Notes: generated by a model from the sequence alone, not told the origin. A DNA stretch of 47,837 nucleotides from Dehalococcoidia bacterium (GCA_004376205.1 SOKG01000164.1:1-47837), one strand, 5' to 3'. Shown: positions 7,851 through 18,349, counted from the stretch's first letter. Numbers and translations are program-made.

Positions 7851-9280
7851 GGCTTCCTGTATCTGAACACTGTCTCTCCGGGTGAGTCCTCTAAAGTGAC
7901 GCCGAGTTCTTTGAGATCGCTTCGGATTCCATCGGCAAGCTGCCATTTCTTCTCCTGTCGCAGACCGGCTCGTTTTTCTGTTAGCAGGCGGATGACGCAC
8001 TCGGCGCTTGTCGTCTCTTTTGCATCCAAGCCGTATTTGGCAGCAAGCTCGATGAGGGTTTGAGGCGGGATTTCGGGCGCTGTCGGCTCAATTTCCAGCG
8101 TCAAACCGAGTACTTCGGCAAGCTCTCGGAGGACATGATATGCTTTGCGTACATCCAGCCCCTCAGTATGCCCGCGATTTATCTCCCGGGCAAGGTCAAA
8201 CAGAACAGCTGTGGCTTGCGGAGTGTTGAAGTCATCGTCCATGGCCTGAATGAACCGCTCTCTGTAAGGCTCAGGTTCTAAGAGAGTAGTTGCCGCCGCA
8301 TCGTGGTCGACGTGAGCGGCGTGAAACAGTCTTTCCCGCCCTCTCTCCATTGAAGCTATGACTTCATCCGAGTAGATGATGGGGCTGCGGTAGTGGGAGC
8401 TGAGCACCCAGAGCCTTATAGCGTCGGCGCTATACTTCGCCAGCGCTTCGCTCACAGTTATCAGCCTGCCCGAGGACTTGCTCATCTTGTCCTCGCCCAG
8501 TTGCATCAGGCCGTTGTGCAGCCAGTAGCGTACGAAGGGCGTAACCGAGGTGAAAGACTCGGACTGTGCGATCTCGTTTTCATGATGAGGGAAGATGAGA
8601 TCCTGGCCGCCGCCGTGAATGTCCACCGTATCGCCGAGGTATTCCAGGGACATGGCGCTGCATTCGATGTGCCACCCCGGCCTTCCCTGACCCCATGGGC
8701 TCTGCCAATATGGCTCGCCGGGCTTGGCTGCCTTCCATAGGGCGAAATCCATGGGGTGCTCCTTCGCTTCGCTGACATCGACGCGGGCACCAGCCATCAT
8801 ATCCTCCAGATCACGACGGCTGAGCTTGCCGTAGTCGGGGTCGCTTGTCACCCGAAAATAGACGTCGCTCCCTGCCTGATAGGCGTGCCCCTTTTGTATC
8901 AGTCCTTCGACCATCGCTATGATCTTGGGGATTTCTTCAGTAGCTCTGGGATAAACATCGGCTCGTTTCACGTTGAGGGCGTCCATGTCGGTGAAGTACT
9001 GGGTGATAAACCCTTCCGCCAGCTCTTGGGGTGGGATGCTTAGCTCATTGGCTCGTGTAATGATCTTATCATCGATGTCGGTGAAGTTTTGTATGTGGTT
9101 GACTCTGTAGCCGCGAAATTCGAGGTAGCGCCTGATGGTGTCGAAGACGATATAGCTCATGGCGTGGCCGAGGTGGCAGGGGGCATAGGGAGTGATCCCG
9201 CAGACGTACATTCTTACCGTATCGCCCTGTGGGACGAAATCCTCTCTTTGACCGGAAAGAGTGTTATATATCTTGATCAA
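7847..9280 (-). CDS. cysS: Cysteinyl-tRNA synthetase
   Basis: Class I HIGH variant (CHLGHAMSY) and KMSKS motif. 477 aa. Confidence 0.96.
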   Translation of the reverse strand: MIKIYNTLSGQREDFVPQGDTVRMYVCGITPYAPCHLGHAMSYIVFDTIRRYLEFRGYRVNHIQNFTDIDDKIITRANELSIPPQELAEGFITQYFTDMDALNVKRADVYPRATEEIPKIIAMVEGLIQKGHAYQAGSDVYFRVTSDPDYGKLSRRDLEDMMAGARVDVSEAKEHPMDFALWKAAKPGEPYWQSPWGQGRPGWHIECSAMSLEYLGDTVDIHGGGQDLIFPHHENEIAQSESFTSVTPFVRYWLHNGLMQLGEDKMSKSSGRLITVSEALAKYSADAIRLWVLSSHYRSPIIYSDEVIASMERGRERLFHAAHVDHDAAATTLLEPEPYRERFIQAMDDDFNTPQATAVLFDLAREINRGHTEGLDVRKAYHVLRELAEVLGLTLEIEPTAPEIPPQTLIELAAKYGLDAKETTSAECVIRLLTEKRAGLRQEKKWQLADGIRSDLKELGVTLEDSPGETVFRYRKP

Positions 9281-9750
9281 GCTTCCTCCAAGAGAGCCAC
9301 AGAGTAGGCAGCCACCCCTTCTTCTCTTCCGGTGAAACCTAAGCCTTCGGTGGTGGTGGCTTTTATTCCCACCTGGCTTTTGCCGATAGACAAGGCTTGA
9401 CTTATGTTCTGCCTCATCTGGTCAACAAAAGGGTGGATAAGAGGGCGCTCGGCGATTATTGTGGCATCTATATTGCTGATGCGCCAACCCTGTTCTCTAA
9501 GCAGGTTGCGGGTGTGGCCGAGGAGAACGATGCTGGAAATGCCCTCGTAGGCAGGGTCGTTAGCGGGGAAGTGGGTTCCGATGTCTCCCAGGGCCGCGGC
9601 CCCCAGTAGAGCATCTATTATGGCGTGCACCACAACATCGGCATCGCTCCAGCCCTCAAGCCCTTGTGCAAACGGTATCTCTACGCCCCCCAGAATGAAG
9701 GGGCGTTCCCCGGTTAGTCGATGGGCATCGTAGCCGATACCGATTCGCAT
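9277..9750 (-). CDS. ispF: 2-C-methyl-D-erythritol 2,4-cyclodiphosphate synthase
   Basis: MRIGIGYDAHRL and the DALLGAAALGDIGTHFP motif. 157 aa. ATGA overlap with cysS. Confidence 0.95.
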   Translation of the reverse strand: MRIGIGYDAHRLTGERPFILGGVEIPFAQGLEGWSDADVVVHAIIDALLGAAALGDIGTHFPANDPAYEGISSIVLLGHTRNLLREQGWRISNIDATIIAERPLIHPFVDQMRQNISQALSIGKSQVGIKATTTEGLGFTGREEGVAAYSVALLEEA

Positions 9751-10460
9751 GGCACTCCAGAGTTGAAGAATGCTTTCTCGTTGTGTGCCAAGAAGACCTT
9801 GGCTATTGCTAGGTCATCGGGGGTGGTCACTTTTATGTTTTGATAAGACCCCATGTAGACCTCGACCTTATGACCTAGTTGTTCCAACAGGGCAGCGTCA
9901 TCTGTGACCTCACAATCCACCTGACGATAGGCTTCCGCTATGAGGTTGTAGCGAAAAACCTGGGGTGTCTGCGCAGCCCACAGGCTCTGGCGCGCCGGTG
10001 TCTGTTGTACAAAGCGGTGGCGCGAAACGATCTTGATGGTATCCTTGACTGGCACTGCGGCGATTGCGGCACCGCTTTCTTGGGCTGCGATCAGCCCTCG
10101 CTCGACGAGATCAGCATTGACACATGGTCTAGCGCCATCGTGGATCACCACCCAATCGCAATCTGCTAGCCTCCGCAACCCTTCTCTAACCGAGTCCTGA
10201 CGTCTTAATCCCCCGGGACATACGGCAACTACTTTGGGCCAGCTATGCTCTTTTGCCAGATTACGTCCCTGCGCCAGACTCTTTCTTGCCAGCACGATGA
10301 CTATCTGATCGACCGAAGGGCAATTCTGGAAAACGTTCACTATCCGCGCCAGCAAGGGCTCTTCCCCCAATTGGGCAAAGACCTTGTCTATTCCTCCCAT
10401 GCGGTTGCTTGTGCCGGCAGCGACGATTATGGCGCCGACTTTATCGCCTACTTTTTTCAT
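9714..10460 (-). CDS. ispD: 2-C-methyl-D-erythritol 4-phosphate cytidylyltransferase
   Basis: AIIVAAGTSNRMGG and IHDGARP motifs. Overlaps ispF by 37 nt. Confidence 0.93.
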   Translation of the reverse strand: MKKVGDKVGAIIVAAGTSNRMGGIDKVFAQLGEEPLLARIVNVFQNCPSVDQIVIVLARKSLAQGRNLAKEHSWPKVVAVCPGGLRRQDSVREGLRRLADCDWVVIHDGARPCVNADLVERGLIAAQESGAAIAAVPVKDTIKIVSRHRFVQQTPARQSLWAAQTPQVFRYNLIAEAYRQVDCEVTDDAALLEQLGHKVEVYMGSYQNIKVTTPDDLAIAKVFLAHNEKAFFNSGVPCESVSATMPID

Positions 10461-11520
10461 CGACAGGCTCCTTGGGTTGAGCGAAGATCATCCGCCCTGC
10501 CGCGGTCTGCAATACCCTGGTAACTGTGATATTAACATCGGTGTCAAGATATCGGCGTCCTCCCTCGATCACAACCATGGTGCCATCGTCCATAAAACCA
10601 ACGCCTTGTCCAGCTTCCTTGCCCTCTTGAACAACGCGCAAAATCATATCCTCCCCTGGTAGAATCACAGGCTTGACGGCATTGGCCAGTTCGTTGATGT
10701 TGAGCACCTTTACTCCCTGGAGCGCAGCCACCTGATTCAGATTGAGGTCGTTGCTGACTATAGAGCAGCGCAAGTTTTTGGCCAGCATTACCAATTTCGA
10801 GTCGACCTCGGGGACATCATCGAAATCTATATCTGAGATCTGAACCGGGATATCCGATCCTCTTTGAAGCTGGGTCAGCATCTCCAAACCTCTTCGCCCT
10901 CGGTTGCGACGCAGTACATCATGGGAATCGGCAATGTGACGCAACTCATCAAGGACGAACCTGGGGATGAGTAGAGTACCCTGTAGAAAGCCCGTTTGGA
11001 TGACGTCAGCGATTCGCCCGTCAATGATGGCGTTGGTGTCCAAGATGATCAGGGCGCCTCTCCTTTCTCTCTTGGCTGAGATAGCTGTGGAACCGCTGAA
11101 GAAGAACTGCAATACGCCAGGACCTTGCAGCACCATGATGGGTACGAAGAGACATGAAAAGAATACGGCGGCAGCAAGGGGAGCATAATTACCCCATGGG
11201 TCAGGGAGAAGAGACAAAGGCAGCGCTATCAGGGCGCTGAACACAAGGGCAAGAGCCAGCCCGATGGCTGCGGCCACGAGGCTGTGTATTGGGGTCAACC
11301 TTCGCACCAACCGGAGGCATTTGACCGCCCAGCGCCAGGGGCGTATGGCAATAAAGGGAGCTAGCAGGAACCCGAATACATAGGCTCCAATGGCAAAAGA
11401 CAAAATCCACGTCAGCTCATTGGTAGCCCCGCTCCTTTCGGCGATTGGGATAGCTAGCCTCCACCCCCCGATGCCTAAGATTGCTGCGACAAGAATACGG
11501 ACAAAAAGTTCTCCCCGCAT
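10441..11520 (-). CDS. yacL: Membrane-anchored PIN + TRAM domain protein (YacL-like)
   Basis: N-terminal TM helices, PIN-like ILDTNAIIDGRI, C-terminal TRAM-like VTRVLQTAAGRMIFAQ. yacL-ispD-ispF order matches Bacillus. Confidence 0.8.
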   Translation of the reverse strand: MRGELFVRILVAAILGIGGWRLAIPIAERSGATNELTWILSFAIGAYVFGFLLAPFIAIRPWRWAVKCLRLVRRLTPIHSLVAAAIGLALALVFSALIALPLSLLPDPWGNYAPLAAAVFFSCLFVPIMVLQGPGVLQFFFSGSTAISAKRERRGALIILDTNAIIDGRIADVIQTGFLQGTLLIPRFVLDELRHIADSHDVLRRNRGRRGLEMLTQLQRGSDIPVQISDIDFDDVPEVDSKLVMLAKNLRCSIVSNDLNLNQVAALQGVKVLNINELANAVKPVILPGEDMILRVVQEGKEAGQGVGFMDDGTMVVIEGGRRYLDTDVNITVTRVLQTAAGRMIFAQPKEPVDEKSRR

Positions 11521-11636
11521 GAAAGCTGCTTCCTCCCCACTTTAGGCAATAGAAAATAATGCTAGCGCACATCGCGATCTCCACAGAGAATGCCCGTCCA
11601 GATATTAGTATAGACGCTCTCTGTAAATCCAGCAGG

Positions 11637-11665
11637 ATGGTAGCACAAAAGCCGTGGTATGTCAA
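11637..11665 (-). promoter_or_regulatory. Candidate promoter for yacL-ispDF-cysS
   Basis: Minus strand TTGACA-N17-TACCAT, beginning right after the upstream gene stop. Leaves a 5' UTR of about 110 nt. Confidence 0.45.
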
Positions 11666-11667
11666 TT

Positions 11668-12150
11668 TCATCGCAGTCTGCTGACTGCGATGATGATGCC
11701 TAGAGCAAGCGCAATCAAGACATATACGTTGAGAAAAGAATGTACAAAGCTCAGGTGCGGTGCCTCGAGCAGGCTTCTAATGGTATAGCTCACCACCATA
11801 CTTGTACCCGCGATCACCTGCAGTCTGAGACCGCGCTTTCGGTTGACGGAGAGGCTCACCACTTCGCCGATGGCATAGCCAATACCGGCTGCAATAATGA
11901 GCGATAAGAAGCCGCCCAAAGGAATAAAAGGCCAAATAGCACCCAGTACTGAAGCGGTAATCAGGCCGGCAGCAATTGCCCTTGCGTAGAAGACGGCTGA
12001 AACATCATAGACAGGCAGCCGCTTCAGGGCGGCGCATTCGGGGCAGCGCGCACCTATTGGTGTCTGAACCAAGCACTTGGGGCAGATGAACTGCCCGCAT
12101 TTACTGCACCTGAGGTTGGTCTCGGTCTCGGGGTGAAGGGCGCATCTCAT
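11668..12150 (-). CDS. Membrane protein with N-terminal double Zn-ribbon (B-box-like)
   Basis: CALHPETETNLRCSKCGQFICPKCLVQTPIGARCPEC (8 Cys/His ligands) followed by about 4 predicted TM helices. 4-nt overlap with fabZ. Confidence 0.7.
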   Translation of the reverse strand: MRCALHPETETNLRCSKCGQFICPKCLVQTPIGARCPECAALKRLPVYDVSAVFYARAIAAGLITASVLGAIWPFIPLGGFLSLIIAAGIGYAIGEVVSLSVNRKRGLRLQVIAGTSMVVSYTIRSLLEAPHLSFVHSFLNVYVLIALALGIIIAVSRLR

Positions 12151-12605
12151 TCCTGCACTCTAGCTGGTGCTTGCTCCGGGTTGGCGATGGCGAAGGTCAA
12201 CTCACCTTCAGCAACAGTCTTTCCTTCCACAGTCGCTTTAGCCGTACCCTTACCTATGGAACTTCGCATCTTGGTGAGCTTCATCTCTAACCTTAGGCTG
12301 TCTCCAGGAAACACTGGCCCACGAAAACGAAGGTTGTCGACCCCAGCGAAGAGGATGCTCTTGCCCTTATGTTGAGGCAAGCTCAATACTGCCACGGCAC
12401 CGACTTGAGCCAGAGCTTCGATAATAAGCACTCCGGGGAAGATAGGGTAGCCTGGAAAATGACCTTGGAAGCAGAATTCTCCGGCAGTAACATTCTTGAT
12501 TCCCACGGCTCCCTCGCCGGGCTGTAGGTCGATGATCTTGTCCACGAGGAGAAAAGGCCAGCGGTGGGGGATTATCTGTTGAATTTCTCTAGCACCTAGC
12601 ATCAT
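12147..12605 (-). CDS. fabZ: 3-hydroxyacyl-ACP dehydratase FabZ
   Basis: HRWPFLLVDKI and GHFPGYPIFPGVLIIEALAQ hotdog-fold motifs. Confidence 0.93.
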   Translation of the reverse strand: MMLGAREIQQIIPHRWPFLLVDKIIDLQPGEGAVGIKNVTAGEFCFQGHFPGYPIFPGVLIIEALAQVGAVAVLSLPQHKGKSILFAGVDNLRFRGPVFPGDSLRLEMKLTKMRSSIGKGTAKATVEGKTVAEGELTFAIANPEQAPARVQE

Positions 12606-13444
12606 GGAATCCCCATCCTTCTTTGCTCCGCCAGGGAGATGAATTGCCTCACCAACTCTGGGGGCAGGTCGGCGCTGCCGATGTTAGCGCCAATGGTGTT
12701 ATCCAACCCATGGTAATCGCTGCCTCCGGAAGAAATGAGGTCATACTTCTTGGCCAGCGCCTGAAGGCGAGCTATTTTGCTTGGTGAGTAGTTGGCGTAG
12801 TATACCTCGAGGCCTGCCATTCCTGCTTTCTTCAGTTGAGGGACAAAGGCCTCGAGGTGTTTGATATCTGCGGGGTGAGCAAGAAACGGCAAGCCACCGG
12901 CATTAAAGATTAACTCGACTGCATCGAGTGGTGCTAACTTCTTACGTTCGACATAGGCAGGCCCATTGCGACCGATGTATTTAGTAAAGGCTTCCTGAAG
13001 GGATGAGCTGTAGCCGCGTTCCACCATCGCCTGGGCAATATGGGGTCTTCCTATGGCTCCTCCTGTGGCCAGTTCAAGCACCCTTTCCCAGTCGATCTCG
13101 ATTCCTATATCTGCCAGCTTGGCCATCATCTTACGCCCCCGCTCATAACGGGCATTGCGAAGTTCCTTTAAAGAATGGTCAAGCTCTGGGTCGTGATAGT
13201 CTAGAAAGTAGCCCAGGATATGTGCCTCGCCCTGTAGCACATCGGTGTTTATTTCCACTCCCGGTATGACCAGAAGCTGCGGGAAGCTCTTGGCTGCTTC
13301 AAGGGCAGGAGGTATCCCTTCAACAGAGTCATGGTCGGTGATTGCGATGACGTCAAGCCCAAGCTCTGATGCCTTACGAACTATCTCCTGCGGCCTCAGC
13401 CTTCCGTCTGAGGCGGTAGTGTGTAGGTGAAGGTCTGCTTTCAT
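12602..13444 (-). CDS. PHP-domain metal-dependent phosphoesterase
   Basis: MKADLHLHTTASDG, ITDHDS and GGSDYHG PHP motifs. 280 aa. Confidence 0.85.
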   Translation of the reverse strand: MKADLHLHTTASDGRLRPQEIVRKASELGLDVIAITDHDSVEGIPPALEAAKSFPQLLVIPGVEINTDVLQGEAHILGYFLDYHDPELDHSLKELRNARYERGRKMMAKLADIGIEIDWERVLELATGGAIGRPHIAQAMVERGYSSSLQEAFTKYIGRNGPAYVERKKLAPLDAVELIFNAGGLPFLAHPADIKHLEAFVPQLKKAGMAGLEVYYANYSPSKIARLQALAKKYDLISSGGSDYHGLDNTIGANIGSADLPPELVRQFISLAEQRRMGIP

Positions 13445-14214
13445 TACTCCCTCAACTCCAGGTCAAGACGGCTGATGTCCAATGCCTTGCCGCTCTCATC
13501 CTCCACCTCCACCAGAACTGAGTTGAACGTTATGTTTCCCTTGCCCACTGATAGGCGATGGGGCATTAGTGTAAGAAACCCCTCGATCGACAAATCGGTA
13601 TCGTCGCCGATAACCGAGTCGGCAGCGCCTACCATGCCCACGTCGCTTACGAATGCGGTACCTCGTGGCAGAACCCTGGTATCGATAGTGCCAACGTGGG
13701 TATGGGTTCCTAGCACTGCACTGACGCGACCATCCAGATACCAACCTAAGGCAACTTTCTCCGCAGTTGCTTCCCCATGGAAGTCGACCAGTATTACTAG
13801 AGGCTTGGGGTCAACCTCTTCAAGTAAGTGGTCCATGGCGCGGAAGGGGCAGTCGAAATGTCCCACAAAGACACGCCCTGATAGGTTTACCACCATTGCT
13901 CGCTCTGTGATGAGGTAGCCATGGCCGGGCACACCTGGCGGCATATTCAGCGGGCGCAGAATACGTGGCTCAACCTCCAGATGGGGGATGAGCTCTTTGT
14001 GGTGCCAGATATGGTTGCCCGAGGTAATGATATCTACTCCGGACTGGAAGAATTCCTCAGCGGTGGATGGGGTAAGCCCTATACCACCTGCGGCGTTTTC
14101 GCCGTTGGCAACAACCAGGTTGATCTCGTGCTTATGACGCAACTCGGGCAACAGCGCTGCCATTCCCTTCCTGCCCGGTCTGCCTACCACGTCGCCTATC
14201 ATTAATATCCTCAA
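13444..14214 (-). CDS. ymdB: YmdB-family metallophosphoesterase (2',3'-cyclic-nucleotide phosphodiesterase-like)
   Basis: MRILMIGDVVGRPGR and NGENAAGG motifs. Lies directly downstream of rny as in Bacillus. Confidence 0.88.
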   Translation of the reverse strand: MRILMIGDVVGRPGRKGMAALLPELRHKHEINLVVANGENAAGGIGLTPSTAEEFFQSGVDIITSGNHIWHHKELIPHLEVEPRILRPLNMPPGVPGHGYLITERAMVVNLSGRVFVGHFDCPFRAMDHLLEEVDPKPLVILVDFHGEATAEKVALGWYLDGRVSAVLGTHTHVGTIDTRVLPRGTAFVSDVGMVGAADSVIGDDTDLSIEGFLTLMPHRLSVGKGNITFNSVLVEVEDESGKALDISRLDLELRE

Positions 14215-14241
14215 TAGGCCTCCACTAGGTAGAATAGGTTT

Positions 14242-15771
14242 CTACTTGGCATAATCCACTGCCCGTGTCTCCCGGATTACGGTAACCTTTATCTGCCCCG
14301 GGTACTCGAGACTCTCTTCTATCTTCTTAACAATATCTCGGGCCAATCTCACTGTGCTCAGGTCATCGATGTCCTGGGGTTTAACTAGGATGCGGACCTC
14401 ACGGCCGGCCTGAATAGCAAACGATTTTTCCACTCCGGGGAAGCTTGATGCCACGTTTTCCAGCGCCTCGAGCCGCTTCAGGTGTTGGTCCAGGGACTCT
14501 CGCCTTGCCCCTGGTCTTGAGCTGGAGATGGCGTCAGCGGCAGCAACAATGAATCCGAAGACGCCCATGGAGTCCGCCTCGCCGTGATGTTCAGCAATAG
14601 CTTTAGACACCTCCGTTGATTTGCCCAGCCTTCTGGTTATGTCGGCACCGATGGCGGCGTGGGGGCCCTCAATCTCTTGATCTGCTGCCTTGCCAATGTC
14701 GTGCAGCAGCCCTGCTGTTTTAGCTACATTGACATCAGCCCCCAACTCGGCGGCGATCATCGCCGCCAGATACGATACCTCGATGCTGTGGGTAAGTACC
14801 TTTTGTCCGTAGCTAAAGCGATATTTAAGGTGTCCCAGTAGCTTGACTACCTCGGGATGAAGTCCAACGACTCCTGTTTTGTAAGCTGCTTGTTCTCCTT
14901 CGGTCTGGATGATAGCATCTACCTCATCCTTGGCCTTACCCACTACCTCCTCGATACGAGCGGGATGGATACGGCCATCCAGGATGAGCCTTTCCAGTGC
15001 TAGCCTGGCTACCTCTCGGCGGATTGGGTCAAAGCAAGAGATAGTCACTGCCTCCGGAGTATCGTCTACTATAAGGTCGACCCCAGTAGCGCTCTCCAGT
15101 GCCCTGATATTGCGTCCCTCACGACCAATGAGCCGCCCCTTCATATCGTCAGAGGGCAGATGGACTACAGACACCGTGGTCTCAGAGGTAACGTCGGTGG
15201 CACACCTCTGAATGGAGAAGGCAACGACCTCCCTGGCCCTTTGGTCAGCTTCCTCTTTCAGTTGAGCCTCGATCTCACGGATGCGTTGCGCCATATCTTG
15301 ACGGCTTTCCTCCTCTACCATCGTCAGCAGGAGTTCTTTGGCCTCGGCTGTAGACATGCCGGAGATGAGTTCAAGCTGATGTACCTGCTTTTTCTTGAAC
15401 TCTTCGAGCTGGGCCATGGATCTATCTAGCTCCTTTTCCTTTGCTCCCAGGTTGCGTTCTCTCCGCTCAAGAGCTTCGCTTTTGCGGTCAATATTCTCCT
15501 CTTTCTGAGAGATGCGTCTTTCCTGGCGGTGAAGCTCGGAGCGGCGCGAACGAACCTCAGACTCAACCTCAGTCTTGATCTTTAGTGAGTCCTCCTTGGC
15601 TTCAAGGAGGATTTCCTTTTGCTTGGTGACGGCCTCGTCCAGAACCTTAGTGGCATCTTTTTCGGCGCGGTGAAACCTCCTAGACATTATGAGATTCCAA
15701 GCGAGGAAGCCGATCCCTACACCAAGGAGAATCGTGAATAGGATAATCGGTACTAATAAAATCGGGTTCAT
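14242..15771 (-). CDS. rny: Ribonuclease Y
   Basis: N-terminal TM helix, coiled-coil, KH ([11 protein letters not shown]) and HD (LLHDIGKA) domains. 509 aa. Confidence 0.95.
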   Translation of the reverse strand: MNPILLVPIILFTILLGVGIGFLAWNLIMSRRFHRAEKDATKVLDEAVTKQKEILLEAKEDSLKIKTEVESEVRSRRSELHRQERRISQKEENIDRKSEALERRERNLGAKEKELDRSMAQLEEFKKKQVHQLELISGMSTAEAKELLLTMVEEESRQDMAQRIREIEAQLKEEADQRAREVVAFSIQRCATDVTSETTVSVVHLPSDDMKGRLIGREGRNIRALESATGVDLIVDDTPEAVTISCFDPIRREVARLALERLILDGRIHPARIEEVVGKAKDEVDAIIQTEGEQAAYKTGVVGLHPEVVKLLGHLKYRFSYGQKVLTHSIEVSYLAAMIAAELGADVNVAKTAGLLHDIGKAADQEIEGPHAAIGADITRRLGKSTEVSKAIAEHHGEADSMGVFGFIVAAADAISSSRPGARRESLDQHLKRLEALENVASSFPGVEKSFAIQAGREVRILVKPQDIDDLSTVRLARDIVKKIEESLEYPGQIKVTVIRETRAVDYAK

Positions 15772-15792
15772 TTTTAAGACCTTTCTTTTCCA

Positions 15793-16431
15793 CTAGTTTG
15801 GCTGCGCATTGTCCCGCTCCTGCCATATGCGGTCGGTAGTACGATTGATTAGCTCATAATTGAAGCCACGCCGCCTCAGGAAGGCCCCCAAACGCTTGCG
15901 AAAGCTGGGGTAGTCTAGGCGTTCAAGCGAGCGAGCCTTTTTTTGTGCTGCCCGATAGGCACTTGGCTCGTCATCGATCCCTGTAGTGGTCTCAGCGATG
16001 GTTTCGGCGTCGACACCCTTTTGCTTCAGCTCCAATTCTATGAGTCGGCGGCCAAGCGGTTTGAAGGTCTCCCTATTCTCACGCCAAAACCGGGCAAAGG
16101 CGATATCATCCACTAGTCCCTGTTCCTTTAATTTAGCAAGCACTTGCTGGATGGTGTCAGCGTCGAAGCCGTGACGATTTAGGCGAGCCCTTATTTCCGC
16201 CTCGCTTCTAGGGCGTGGGCTCATAAACTTCAGCGCGCTGTTCATTGAGCGGTGAAGCTGGTCAGCGCTCTTAAGCCTTTCGATCTCGCGAAGGGATAGC
16301 GTCTGTCCTTTGTGAAGCCCAACCTCAGCGGCTACAGGAAGGCTCAAGCTGAAGGCAAGGCCTCTGTCCAGGAATATCTTGACCCTTCCCTTTCGTTTCA
16401 TCTGGGTCTCAATGACGGTGACCGTGTTCAT
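15793..16431 (-). CDS. recX: RecA regulator RecX
   Basis: 212 aa helical-repeat protein immediately downstream of recA. RLNRHGF and LKQKGV repeats are typical of RecX. Confidence 0.85.
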   Translation of the reverse strand: MNTVTVIETQMKRKGRVKIFLDRGLAFSLSLPVAAEVGLHKGQTLSLREIERLKSADQLHRSMNSALKFMSPRPRSEAEIRARLNRHGFDADTIQQVLAKLKEQGLVDDIAFARFWRENRETFKPLGRRLIELELKQKGVDAETIAETTTGIDDEPSAYRAAQKKARSLERLDYPSFRKRLGAFLRRRGFNYELINRTTDRIWQERDNAQPN

Positions 16432-16519
16432 CCTCTTCCTCTAGGCACGTTTGGACTGAGGCAGGATTGAACATTCCTCTCAGGAGTTGCGCTGGAGTGT
16501 TGGAGGGGTCAAATCGGAG

Positions 16520-17593
16520 CTAGTCCGGTGAGTCCGCTATTGTGGGCTCAACCTTGGTGGAGAAGGATAGGGCTTCTTTTGGGGCGTTGGCAGTTGTCCT
16601 AATCTGGCGCTCAATCTCTTGGGCGAGGTCTTGGTGTTGCCTGAGGTATTCCTTGGCATTCTCACGGCCCTGCCCGAGACGCGTCTCATCAAGAGAGAAG
16701 AAGGCCCCGGTTTTCTTGATTATCCCCATCTCGACCCCTAGGTCGAGGAGGTCACCCGCTTTGCTGATACCCTCGTCGAACATGATATCGAACTCGGCTG
16801 ACCTGAAGGGGGGAGCGACCTTGTTCTTGACTACCTTGGCTCTAATTCTGGTGCCCGTTACCTTGTTTCCTACTTTGATGTTCTCTACTCGCCTGAGGTC
16901 GATCCGTACCGAGCTGTAGAACTTGAGGGCCCTGCCTCCAGGAGTTACCTCTGGATTGCCAAAGACAATGCCAACCTTCTCTCTAAGCTGGTTAACGAAT
17001 ACCACAGAGGTACGCGACCTGCTTATGGCTGCTGTCAGCTTACGCAACGCCTGGGACATTAGTCGCGCCTGCAATCCAACATGGGCATCTCCCATGTCTC
17101 CCTCGAGTTCTGCCCTGGGCACCAGCGCTGCTACGCTGTCGATGGCTATCACATCGATAGCACCGCTGCGGACCAGTGTTTCGGTGATCTCTAGGGCTTG
17201 CTCCCCGGTATCGGGCTGCGAGATGAGCAGGTCTTCCACCTTAACCCCGCAAGTGGCAGCGTAAGCGGGATCGAGGGCATGTTCCACATCGATATACGCC
17301 GCCATCCCACCGGACTTCTGGGCTTCGGCAATGATATGCTGGCTAAGTGTTGATTTACCTGCGGCCTCGGGTCCGAAGATTTCAGTAACTCGACCTCGAG
17401 GGATACCACCAATGCCGAGGGCTAAGTCCAATGAGAGTGACCCGGTGGAGATAGACTCAACCACTACCCTTGCGGATGCCTCCCCCAGCTTCATGATTGA
17501 GCCTTTGCCGAATTGCTTTTCGATCTGGCCGATCGCTAAATCGAGCGCCTTCTCCTTCTCTGTTACCATATCCTGCTTCCCCGAGTTGAGCAC
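16520..17593 (-). CDS. recA: Recombinase RecA
   Basis: [10 protein letters not shown] Walker A and [15 protein letters not shown]. The start is either GTG 17593 (AGGAG 9 nt upstream) or ATG 17569. Confidence 0.96.
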   Translation of the reverse strand: MLNSGKQDMVTEKEKALDLAIGQIEKQFGKGSIMKLGEASARVVVESISTGSLSLDLALGIGGIPRGRVTEIFGPEAAGKSTLSQHIIAEAQKSGGMAAYIDVEHALDPAYAATCGVKVEDLLISQPDTGEQALEITETLVRSGAIDVIAIDSVAALVPRAELEGDMGDAHVGLQARLMSQALRKLTAAISRSRTSVVFVNQLREKVGIVFGNPEVTPGGRALKFYSSVRIDLRRVENIKVGNKVTGTRIRAKVVKNKVAPPFRSAEFDIMFDEGISKAGDLLDLGVEMGIIKKTGAFFSLDETRLGQGRENAKEYLRQHQDLAQEIERQIRTTANAPKEALSFSTKVEPTIADSPD

Positions 17594-17636
17594 TCCAACT
17601 TACTCCTGTGCAACTCGTGCTCAGCCAATTCACCAT

Positions 17637-17665
17637 ATGCTAGCACATTTGGGCAACAAATACAA
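17637..17665 (-). promoter_or_regulatory. Candidate recA promoter
   Basis: Minus strand TTGTAT-N17-TAGCAT. The -35 abuts the perfect palindrome AGACTAGTCT. Confidence 0.35.
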
Positions 17666-17803
17666 GACTAGTCTGACCGTGTAATGTAATGCTACGATAA
17701 GAGGTAATTCGACCGGTTTTGAGCAAGGGGAGGATAGCGGTAGATTGCAAATCCCATCGGTTTGGATTATTCTCAAGCCGTCAACTTGGGTTTGAGGTTT
17801 GCT

Positions 17804-18349
17804 TTGAAAGCCAGATATACCATTGTTGCTACCAAGCTTGGTTGGGTGGTGATAGGCGGTTCTGAGATCGGGCTAAGCTTTCTCACCTTGCCCCAGCCGT
17901 CTCTTGATGCAGTGCTCGCTGGGATTGAAGACTTTGTTAAGGGGGCAGTCGAGGAGGACTCTGCTTTTGGTGACCTTCCTTTACGACTCCAGGGCTACTT
18001 CGACGGCGAGATGCTAACATTCTCTGACAAGCTCGACCTTGAGGGAGCTACTGCCTTTCAGCAGGTTGTGTGGAATGCAACTCGTTCGATCCCTTACGGG
18101 GAGGTCAGGAGCTATGCCTGGGTGGCGAAGCGAATCGGAAGACCTGGGGCGTGCCGCGCCGTGGGAGGGGCACTGGCTCGAAATCGCTTCCCGGTCATCG
18201 TGCCCTGTCATCGGGTGGTGGCTAGCGATGGCACCCTGGGGGGATTTGGCGGCGGCCTGGGGCTGAAGAAGCACCTGCTTAGTCTCGAGGCTGGCCGGGT
18301 GAGCAAGTCTAGCTCACAGTCTCTTCTACAATCAAGTCCTGCTCGTTGA
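17804..18349 (+). CDS. ogt: Methylated-DNA--protein-cysteine methyltransferase
   Basis: The IVPCHRVV active-site motif is present. The start is uncertain: TTG 17804 has GAGGT 6 nt upstream, while the ORF is open from 17762. The 3' end overlaps dnaE convergently by 41 nt. Confidence 0.85.
   Translation: MKARYTIVATKLGWVVIGGSEIGLSFLTLPQPSLDAVLAGIEDFVKGAVEEDSAFGDLPLRLQGYFDGEMLTFSDKLDLEGATAFQQVVWNATRSIPYGEVRSYAWVAKRIGRPGACRAVGGALARNRFPVIVPCHRVVASDGTLGGFGGGLGLKKHLLSLEAGRVSKSSSQSLLQSSPAR

Noticed and set aside
11417-11671. 84-aa minus-strand ORF in the gap upstream of yacL.
   Set aside because: It overlaps the candidate promoter, the 5' UTR and the start of yacL. It has no SD and no recognisable domain, so it is likely spurious.
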